Assembly: GCA_013265495.1 (NCBI GenBank)
Contig: MU058213.1
Span: forward strand, 5,849,149-5,913,148
DNA: 64,000 nt
Source: Vicugna vicugna
Lineage: Eukaryota
Reading direction: 5' to 3'
Shown here: positions 49,577 through 59,784 of the stretch, in pieces
Position numbering within the stretch: the first letter of the stretch is position 1
Layout of the letters: every line of letters starts with the position of its first letter
Notes under the pieces: model-generated
The model's database searches: none
What the model was told of the DNA's origin: nothing
Seen by the model: only the letters and a program-made list of their open reading frames with translations
Made by a program: the position numbers and the translations under genes

Positions 49577-49777
49577 GACTACCTTATGGCATTATCTCTA
49601 CAACAAGAACAGCAGAGCCATGAGCTCAACTGGGAACAAATACCTGAAGGAATCAGTGATTTGGAACTAGCAAAGAAACTCCAAGAGGAGGAGGATAGAC
49701 GGGCTTCTCAATATTACCAGGAACAGGAACAAGCGGCAGCAGCTGCTGCTTCTGCTTCTGCTTCTACGCAGGCCCAG
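49577..49777 (+). CDS. MINDY2: MINDY2 coding exon 8, tandem MIU ubiquitin-binding motifs plus an Ala/Ser tract
   Basis: Acceptor atttcttag, donor CAG|gtaaaa, 201 nt. Reads DYLMALSLQQEQ...SDLELAKKLQEEED...AAAAAASASASTQAQ. Confidence 0.96.
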
Positions 49778-49800
49778 GTAAAAACCAGTGTTCTGATTCT

Positions 49801-49878
49801 CTCTTTTATTTTTTTAAATATAATAGACTTTATTTTTTTTAGAGCAGTTTCAGGTTCACAGTAGAATTGAGCAGAATT
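49801..49878 (-). mobile_element. L1MC-like 3' terminal fragment inserted just inside intron 8
   Basis: tagactttatttttttttagagcagtttcaggttcacag. 14-bp perfect TSD agtgttctgattct at 49787-49800 and 49879-49892. Confidence 0.85.
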
Positions 49879-50154
49879 AGTGTTCTGATTCTTAAATACA
49901 GTGATCACTTTAGCAATAAAGAAATTTGTGCTAAGGTAAATTTTTTTAATTAGGTATTAACTCTTCAGTTTCGTTAGCAGTTTAGCACCCAAAGGGTTTG
50001 TGGCATTGTCCTAAGTTTGTGATTCCCTTAATATATTTCTTTTTTAGTTAAATTTATTTTTTCTTAGGTTGTAATGGCAAGATTTTTCAATCAAATTTAT
50101 TAAGTTCTTAATAGCTTCAAAGAATATAAACTAGTTGGAACAAAATCTTTTCTA

Positions 50155-50410
50155 TCAGTTAGGAAGCAGTATGAGGTACTGCTGGGAAGAATGTAGACTT
50201 CAGAGCCTGATAGATATGGATTTGCAGTTCCTGCTTCTGTTTCCCATACTAGTTGCAACACGTAGGACAAAGTCCTCTACCTCTCTTAGCCTCATTGTTC
50301 CTATCTGTAAAATAGAAAATGATACTGAACTATTAAGTTTGTGGTTAAGAACAAATAACGTTAGCACTTAATCCAATGTCTGACATGTACCAAGTATTCA
50401 ACTAAGGTTA
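50155..50410. mobile_element. MIR SINE
   Basis: ggacaaagtcctctacctctcttagcctcattgttcctatctgtaaaatag...agcacttaatccaatgtctgacat. Confidence 0.65.
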
Positions 50411-51161
50411 GCGCCTTTCCACTTTTCACTTTTTCCAGTTAAATATTTTAAGCGCTGCAGATGTGACTAAGAAGGTTTCTGTTTGTTAAATCTCATTTCA
50501 TTAAATGAAAAAAAAATATTCTTTCTTTTACGTTTAACTGTACCATGCTAGAACTCTTCCTTTGGTTTGAGCACACAAGAAAGAAAGATGCCCTTTAAGG
50601 TCTGATGAAACTTTAAATATAGAGATCTCATTAAAATAGGTACAACATTTCTACTTCTAGCTCAAATATTGACTGCACCAAACTTAAAAGTGAAAGCCTA
50701 TCGTGTTATGCTTAGCTTTTCACTAAAAAATTTCTCTCATTTCACAGAATACACTTATTTCATACTCTCTGTTCTAAGGATTTTTTTTCCTTCTTTTAAA
50801 ATCTGTTTATTATGATAGTATTAAATGATATCTTAGAGAACTGTTACAGTTTCAAAAGGTGTCCTTTTCTTTAACATTTTCTAAACTTTAACATAAATAT
50901 TTCTTGAATTTGAGTCTTCCAGCAATATAATACTAGTTATTTATTATGAAATTCCATTTACTCAGAATAATGGATACATTAATTATATCTGTCCTGAATG
51001 ATAGAGCCAATTACTCAGATACTGTGTAATATAACAAGTCGATACACCAACAGCCTTTTTCCATTAATGATTCCTTTCACTCTTGGAGTTTTTCTTAGAT
51101 AACTATGCTTAAGCACCTTCAAAAAGGTGAGGTAATTTCTTACTGTTTCTTTTTCTTAAAG

Positions 51162-51290
51162 CAAAGCCAGCCCGCACAAGCCTCCCCATCAAGTGGAAGA
51201 CAATCTGGGAATAGTGAACGTAAACGAAAGGAGCCTCGAGAAAAAGATAAAGAAAAAGAAAAGGAAAAAAATAGCTGTATCATTTTGTAA
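51162..51290 (+). CDS. MINDY2: MINDY2 last coding exon, QSQPAQASPSSGRQSGNSERKRKEPREKDKEKEKEKNSCIIL*; C-terminal CAAX
   Basis: Acceptor tttctttttcttaaag, TAA at 51288-51290. Charged tail followed by a CaaL box, as in recalled MINDY1/2 C-termini. Confidence 0.93.
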   Translation, partial: QSQPAQASPSSGRQSGNSERKRKEPREKDKEKEKEKNSCIIL

Positions 51291-54200
51291 GAAGTGTTGG
51301 ATTCTTTCGGAGTCATCTATATATCTTCAGAAACAAAACCACAGAAGGAAAGGAAGAAAAACCGATAAATACCGTCTGTGCCTGATTTCCCAATGGATTT
51401 TGTTCATGTTTTTCAGGGGAAAGGTTGTTATTTAGTTACAATCAGACTTTTTCAAGTCACACAGTACACTCTTTATGAGCTGGAGTTTCATGTTACAAGT
51501 TGGAAATGCTGTGTGTTGTCATTCATGAAAAATACTGCACTTGTAGCCAAATAAGCAAATCACAGCAAATTTTGTGTCATAGTGACATTCATAATTCATA
51601 TCAGTTAGTAAGCTATTTCGTATTCTGTTCTAACAATGAATAGAGGTAATTGATTTTGTCTGATTCCTTCCTCAAATCTAAATATTAGCACAATAGTTTC
51701 TGAAATTAATTTTTACAATGTTAAATTATGATCTAATCCATGAGAAACCAGGGGTTTAATATAGAGATTTAAAAAGAAAAAAAAGACAAAAAATAACAAG
51801 AATAAATAATCCTTAATTGTATATTGGACTAGTTCAGCCCTTGAACAGCTTTACCTTTCTTTAGGAATGTACATTTTAGATATATCTTGAGAACTGATAA
51901 TGGAGCTTGGATTTAATTTAGATAGAAAAAAATCAATATTTGTATTTCTTTTCAATAGCAAAAAAAATTACATAACACTAATATCTTATCAAAATCAGAC
52001 CTTAATAACTTTATAGTGTTGTAAAATTTTGAGGAATTTTGAAACCTTTAATATAGGTTACTTGGACCACAGTTTCTATTTATTGACAGTGTGACAAGTG
52101 AGTATTAGGAGGAAACCACAGTGGATGCTAGGCCTTGTCAATATAGGGATGTAGAAAAGGAAATAGTTCAGTGTCTACCTTTTTCTAGAATTACCTTTAA
52201 CCTTAAAATTTAAATCATGTTTATTTGCTAGAAAATTAAGTATACTTATTAAAACCAAGAAAAAAGCACATTTCTGAAAAGATGTTGGAGATAATCTCTG
52301 AATCTAGTGGAAAAGCATTAGTAAAATCTATTTGAGGATAGATACGAATTTGGAGGAATTTATGTAAAAGCAATCAGATTTTTTTAACTTATGAGAACCA
52401 AATAAACCTATAACATCTTGTAGTGTTTATAGGATTCAGAAAGAATATTTATTGAACTTTATTATGAGGTAACACATATTTTCCTGTATTTCTCTAGTTT
52501 GGAAAACTATCCTTAATAGTCCTTTTTATATGCTTTATATTTAAAAGTTTGTTTTAGTCATTTTTGAAAAGACTATTCCTGCTGCAGGTAGTTACATGAT
52601 TTACATTCTAAGCCTCAGTAAATTTAAGAGCATCTTAATCTAACCTGAGCATCCACCTGGAGAATGTTTTTTGTGGTCTGGGGTGACAAAAGACTACGAA
52701 AAGTGTGGTCTAGATTTCTTAAGTTATGTCCTTAACATTCTCCGTGATCCAAGACCAGTTATAGCATAAATCTATATGTAAAAAGTAAAGTCTTATTTAT
52801 GGAAGAAATGATTCTAAGAACTATCCAGGGTCAAAATGTATCTTTTATGTCCTTCTGTATTGCATGTCTATTTATGTTATACCATTTGTTATTCCTTCCA
52901 ATTTCCCATGCTAGCATGATTAATCATCAGAGAACCTGTTTTGGGTATAAAACTTTCATACAAAATATTTGGTGAGTCTCTTGATAAAAACCCAAAATAT
53001 GCATATACTGGCAAAATAATCAGATACACTATTCTCTATTGGCTCAAACAAGTAGACCTTAGTCCAGGTTTATTAGTAATATCACTCTGTTGGTTGAAGG
53101 AGGAAACACAAACCTCAGAGTTTGTTTTTCCCAGGACAGTAGTAACAGTGCATTATATTTTATTATGAAGAAATAAAACAATAAACCCTGAGAAATTAAA
53201 AAAAAATTTGAGGCATATTTTTCCATAATTATATACTTATCTATTTATTGCCCTTGAAAAATACAAGCATAGAAGTTATTCTTCTGTTATTTGTTACTGT
53301 CTTCTTAATTTGTTCCAAAGATAATACTGCCATTCTGCATTCCCATTGGAAGAAAAAAAAACTCACTCAAAACCAGCAGTGCTGCTATCAGATAAGTAGA
53401 TGTCAATGTATACTTATAAAAAATAACTAAGAAATGTAATGTGTTTGTTAATTCAGCCTTTTTCTATGTAATATTTCCAAGTTAGACTTTCTTACATTCC
53501 TGGAATTCAGTTTGCTATACCGAGAATAATAATGGTAAAATGTTTGCTTTGAATACTGTGGGGGAAAATAAGTGTTTAATTCTATTAAAAAAAATTCTCA
53601 GAGATACTGGTTTCCCATCCTTGAAGGTTGTAAAAAATTTAGAGCTATTATGTCTTTATTTTCTTGTATTTTGCTCAAGGCAACAAATTACATATTCAGA
53701 TATTTGACTGCTGGTTTGGGTACATTGGAATTTGATAGTGGTTAAGTCTTTCCTCACAGTATTTTGTAATGCTTGAAAATTGTTACATGTACCCTGCTAG
53801 CAGAAATTAGAACTTAAACATTTTTGTTTTTAAGATTTATAGGCTAGATTAGGGGCACATCTGCATGAACCATTAGAGCTAGCAAAAGAGGCGGATGAAC
53901 GAATGGATATGGTCACCGCACTTTCTTGTACTTTCAAAGCCTATTCCTTAAGGTTAGTAACCAGTGTTTATTAACAATATGAAAATTTTCTTCATGTCTA
54001 ACCCCATTGAATTGACAACACTGTGATTTATAATAGGTTATCAACACTTAAAAGTACTCATGCTGTGTGTGTTGTGGGGGGCTGGTGTGTTTGTGGGTAT
54101 GTTTCTGAAGCAAGAATCCATGACTTCTATTAGATACTCAAAGTAATCTAGAAACATTCCCTCAAATTTAAGAATCAGCATTCTAAGAATACACACACCA

Positions 54201-57200
54201 GGCTGTTAGAGGCAGCTATAATTGGCATTGACTACTTCCTATAAGATGCTGGTTCAGTGTACATAAGTAAAGTAACTTATTTAATGTTTCAAGGTGTCGT
54301 TAGTAGTTGAATGAGTCATAGATTTAAATTTAGGATTAGGCTTTGGAATATATTTTTTTTTGTCTCACATTTGTCGTATTTGACTACTTACCCATGTTAT
54401 GTTTTGAATTCTGCCTCATACTTTTTGATCTTAGCTTAATTAAGCAAGTTAGTATCGGAAATTAGTTGACTGAAACCATCATTAACCATTTTGTACTTGC
54501 ACAAAACCTTAATATTTTGGTTTCAATGAATCACCAACTCAGTTCACTAAGAGACAGAAGAAGATCTTGAGAGGGAAGAGGACTAAAAGTCAAATAAATA
54601 TTTAAGGAAAGAATTATCATATTCATGCTGGCATATAAAGCAGATATTTATAAAATCCTGCTGGAGAAAGATCAAGGCAAGAATTTCCAGAAGTGTCCTA
54701 AAACAATATCATTAAAAAAAATTTTTTTTAAAGCAAAAAGCAAATTGACTGCGTTTCACTTAACTTTTCTGTTCAATTCAGTTATTTTAAAACATGATGG
54801 AAAGCTTATGGATTTTGCCTGTCACAGAGTGCTTGGGCGTACAACTTAAACTATAATTATAAATTTATTAATGTTTGGTAAAATAAGATGGAGACATTAA
54901 AGATAGTGTGTAATTTGTATTTTAAGAAATGGGAAATGTGAAACTCTGAATCATTTTGTCTAAAACCTTGGCTTTTATCTTGCAAACTTTCTGTGCCTCA
55001 GTTTACTCTAAATATCTAAAGGATGCTCATTTTTAGTGCTATGCACTTTGGAATAAAGGGCATAGTATAAGCACAGAGTGTTATTTAAATAATTATAAAT
55101 ATTATACATCTTTTGTTCTTGAATGTGTAGATTGTTTCCCCAATGATAATACTACTATAGCCAGTTTTTTTTAATGCTGTCAAAGTTTGTAGAATTATCT
55201 TATCTTTGAGTATGGCATCATCTCTTCCCAAAATGTATGTTATAGTTCCCTTTGTGTTCTATGGGTAGGATCAAAATCAGGACTATTTTTGGAGTATAAA
55301 AAGCATTAAAATCTATTTTTTCCAGTATCTTTCATATATCCAAATATTTAGATTATTTGCCTCTTCCTTCATGGAACAAAATGCAGTGGTATCAGGTTAC
55401 CAAAACATAAACTTTTTGCATGGATGGAATTCACTTAGATCTCTTTAAGTACTGTCCTTTTTAGGGCTATTTAAATTTTTTTTTTAATGTAAAATGTTAT
55501 TTGAGAATATAGTTAAATTTCTTTTAGAACGTGACTGAAAATAGGAAAGAAACTCATCAGAGTTCTTAGGTTTTCTGGTAATTGTCTTTTTTTTTTAAAC
55601 TGATATCTAACACTTCTAATCCTACTGAGAAACATGAAAAATTGTCGTTACTCTTCTTGAGTAACACTTTAAAACAAACGAAAATTATAATTGAAGGCTT
55701 CTTAAAAAATATATATTGCAAAATAGGGATAATGGCATCTGAGGGACAAATTGCAGGACCCTGATAAGTTTAACTTACTTTGAAGATCTATCTAAATTTT
55801 AACTCATTTATGTCCTTTACTTAATCTCATTGTTTCTGCCATTAGAAATTAGAGTTTAATAAATTGTGATTTGCATATATAATTTTACATAAAGGATTCT
55901 AGTTTCTAATTTCACTTTTCTGATCTCAAAAAATTTAACTCAAAAAACAGGGTAAAATTCTTCAGCGGTTGCCTCAAGTTTAGCTTTGTCCTATTGTCCT
56001 GAGAAAGGAGGAGATTTAGACTTGTCTGCTATAATAGATCTTTTTAGGGCATGGTATTATCCCAGATAAGGTGTTGAAATACCACAGCAGAAACATAAAA
56101 CTTAAGCTTTAAAACACAGTAGATTTAAAGAGAAAAAGTTGTATTATTATTCTACAGTAAATCTTTACTTCATCTAATATTAATTCTAAGAATTCCTTCA
56201 AATCCTTAATAATTTATCATATTAACTTTAAAAATTTTATATCTATCCCCACTGTAATATCCTACACCTTGAGAGATAGGGATGCCTCCTAGATTAGAGG
56301 GTGGACAAAGCAAAATTCTTCTGAAGGTGTCCTAGCTTCTTTGGCTCTACTACTTACAGCTTTAAATAGGAATTCAGGAAACCGAAATGCCCATTTAAAT
56401 GACCAAATCAGTGACCTGTTGAAATGAGCAGTTCTGACTAACGAAATGTGTTTTAAGACTAAGACTGGCATTTAATCTGTCCTATACATCTCTCAGTTTT
56501 GTCAGTTTTTGTTGTTCCTTTTTACATCTTACTTGTTTGAAATAACCATTTTTTCCAGAGTATATAGGGTATCTTAGAGCTTTACAGATTTTTAAAGATG
56601 AGGAATTTAAAAGCTTCCAGTGGTTTTTGTTAAAAGGCTATCTTCCTGAATAAAATGACAACTATTATTTTCACAGATCCACACATCACAAGTAGGACAA
56701 TATGATTGAAGATTGATGTATGATTGCTACCCAACAATCAGCACAAGGGATAATCTTCACTTGTGAAAACTTCAGAGGTACCCTGAAAGTCATTTCCTAA
56801 AGTTAGTGCATGTGAGTCTTTTTCTTTGAATTGTGTAGAATAATTGGATTGTGGCACATATTTGGGGAGTAGCAAGTGAAATGGTATAATGACTGCAGGG
56901 AAAGTGGCTTTGAAATACGACAAGAAAAAAACTCTTTACTGTCTTGCTATTTGGGTCAAGAAGCTGCTGTGACGTATCATAGATCTCTTTGTGCCAGACC
57001 AAGACTGGCCAATAGAACTAGAGTTCTCAAAGAGTTTAAGTCTACAGATTATGAGTGCCTATTTTTTTTCTGCTCCTTTCTTTTACTATCTTAATGCCCT
57101 TTCTACTTCCGAAATAATTCGTCTCTTTTGCTTTATGACCAGCTTCAATGCTAGTTTAAGAATAATAGCAATCCTAGAAATTTATAGAAAAGAGCATTGA

Positions 57201-57595
57201 AATAAAATTTTTAAAACACCTTAAAGCATCTACTCAGCTTAGGGTTCAACTGAATTTCTATGGAAGAAAGTTCTATATGCTAATTATGCTAAAACTATTT
57301 GATTCCAAAAACTACGTCTTAAGTTTCAAAAGTTTCACTTTTGGAGGATACTCCTAGAAAGGCAAATTGAACATAGATGGGAAAGTATAAAATAATTCTG
57401 AAAGAATTATTCAGTATTATTCAACATTTAATTTCATGTTTGTTATTGTACCAAAAGGATAGCATCATTCTTGGATTAAAATGTTGGATTTTTTTTTGTT
57501 AATATACTTAAAACTGTAACCAGTGATAACACCCTTAGCATTTTTTATTATAGATTATATTTTATTTCAATAAACTTTGATATTTAGACCAAAAG
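51291..57595 (+). other. MINDY2: Long MINDY2 3' UTR (about 6.3 kb; distal end inferred)
   Basis: AT-rich, nearly repeat-free sequence after the stop codon, with several AATAAA (51801, 53172, 55052, 55858, 56649, 57201, 57569). Repeat density rises again after about 58 kb. Confidence 0.6.
57569..57574 (+). terminator. Candidate distal polyadenylation signal AATAAA
   Basis: AATAAA in a U-rich context, a CA site about 16 nt downstream, then gtctttctgctatgtat (GU/U-rich). Confidence 0.5.
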
Positions 57596-58864
57596 TCTTT
57601 CTGCTATGTATATTCATCTCATTAAACTCCTTCTTACAAATTTAAGATGAGTGGGGAAATGGGGTTGACATTGATTCACGTTTACCTAGGATTAACTCTT
57701 ACCATACTTGGACCAACTCTTGATAAAGACAGAGTTTTTCCCTCAAGAGACCGTGAACAAAGAAATAATTAACCCCAGATCATTTAATAGTTAACTGTCT
57801 GATCCCAATGGTAGATTTGTTATATCTGATACTTCTGTTCTCTTGGGGGACTAAGTTAGAAAGAGCTAGGTCTCTCTTTACACCAAGCAAATCTTAATAT
57901 CAACTTTTTGTCCAAAGTCTTTTTATCTAACAAAGTTTTTGTCAGCCAATGTCTGACATTTCTCTGTGTAAGTTTTCTTAGATTCCCTAGCCTTCTAAAG
58001 GCAGAATTAATCATTCCATATAGTGTTTTGCTGACTTCCCTTCATTATAGCACTTAAGCTAGATTATGACCCTTTTTAGAACAGAGATTACATCTTATTC
58101 ATCTTGATTTTCTTGGCAATTATGTGATCATTGGCACTTTAAATGAACTTGAATACCTAGAAGAATTTTTTTTAAATACCTTTATTATATGGTAAGTTAT
58201 TGCTTGTCTGTCCTTTAAATAAATAAGTACGTTGGTTTATTGAATCAGTTTTCCCCTTTAGCATAGAAGTTATATAGATAGAAGGAACCAAAATCCTTAA
58301 TACTTCCCCCTCTACCCCCCCCCCAAGTTTTTCCTGGGTATTCTACATCCTCCTACAACCAGCAGATGAACACCTGGGGAACAACAGCCTCAACAAAACT
58401 AAAGTAAGCAGCATTGTTCTTTCCCCATATCATACCCTTTTTGCAGAGTCTCTTTCCTCACTTTATATTATCCTATGAAGTAGGCACCTATTAATTTGTT
58501 GGAGCTGAGATCTGAAGCCAAGCAATCTGACTCCAAAGACTGTTCACAAATATATCTGGAATGGGACAGATAAGTCTGTGATCAGGTCCATGTTCAAATT
58601 TTGATTCTTGATTTTTTAAGTCACATGTGTTTCCAACCCTGCAGAAATCTTCAAAATCAAACCTGTAAGCATCCTTTGTACTCACTAGTCTTAGAGCAAG
58701 TTAATTCTGCTCAGCCTTTTTTCTCATCTCTAAAAATGGAACCATTTCTCAAAATTGTAAAGATTAAAGATAATGTACTCAAAATGTCATATACATAATA
58801 AACAATCAATGTAATAGATTGTAAATAACATAGTAGGGATAATTTTTTTCTTACTAGCCAAGAA

Positions 58865-59145
58865 CTTTAAGAAAGAATGTTGATTCAGGAGATTAGGAAG
58901 GCCCCTTAAGTGTTATAAAAGTAAACTCTTTGATTTGCTATGCAGATAAAGGTCTTTAAATTTGGTGCCTTCTCCATTGATTAGATCCTCTTTCTGGGAA
59001 AGGAAGATTTCCTTTATAAGTGTAAATTTCCATTACAAAAAGGTAATTTCTTTGTTTTCAGAGTTTCTCCTGTGTCTGCTATTTCTCAAAATAACACTTA
59101 GGTCAAAGAGGCATATTTTAGGGTGGCATATTCTGTTATCTTTCA
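58865..59145 (-). mobile_element. ERV1-type LTR fragment (MER34/MER39-like)
   Basis: aaatttccattacaaaaagg...ctcctgtgtctgctatttctcaaaataa...caaagaggcatattttagggtggcatattctg. Confidence 0.55.
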
Positions 59146-59784
59146 GTCAACTCAGGCAAAAATGTGACAGCTTTTAAAGGATTCTTTATCCTTTTGAGGA
59201 CTTTTCTTTGGGCTGCCAACTTTACTAGATAAGTTACTATGAAGAAGTGGTGATATTATAAATGTAGTAGTTTCTGAATACCCTAGTCCTTAAAACAAGT
59301 TTACTAATAATTATTATATCAACAATGCTTCCTATTTTTTGGAGTATCACTATGTGTCAGACATTGTACTGTCTATAATCTTCTTATTACTTAATCCTCA
59401 CAACAATTTTAGGAGATGGATACTATCACAGTAAAGAAAACAGAAATTTGAAAGATTAAGCAACTAGCAGAAGGTCAGTAATAGTGACAACTTGAAATTT
59501 AAAACCCAACCTGTTGGGTAACTCCAAAGTCCAACCTGTTGGGTAACTCCAAAGTCCATTCTCTTTACTTCAGAATTATGGAAGTATTCACAAATTTCCA
59601 TACCTAATATGTTCCAATGACTCGTTTCCTCTTTAAGCTACTTCTTACATTTCTAATATTTTTCATCTACATTTCTGGTATCCAATCAAAATTTAAAACC
59701 TGGGATCACTAAGATTTGCTCCTCTTCTAGATGTGTCATTATTCTAGTTCTTACAGGTAGGTCTAAGATCCATTTCAAGTTACT

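Noticed and set aside
51124..51137. Donor-like gtgagg and gtaatt just before the last exon
   Set aside because: The resulting introns would be only 30-35 nt, too short for the mammalian spliceosome.
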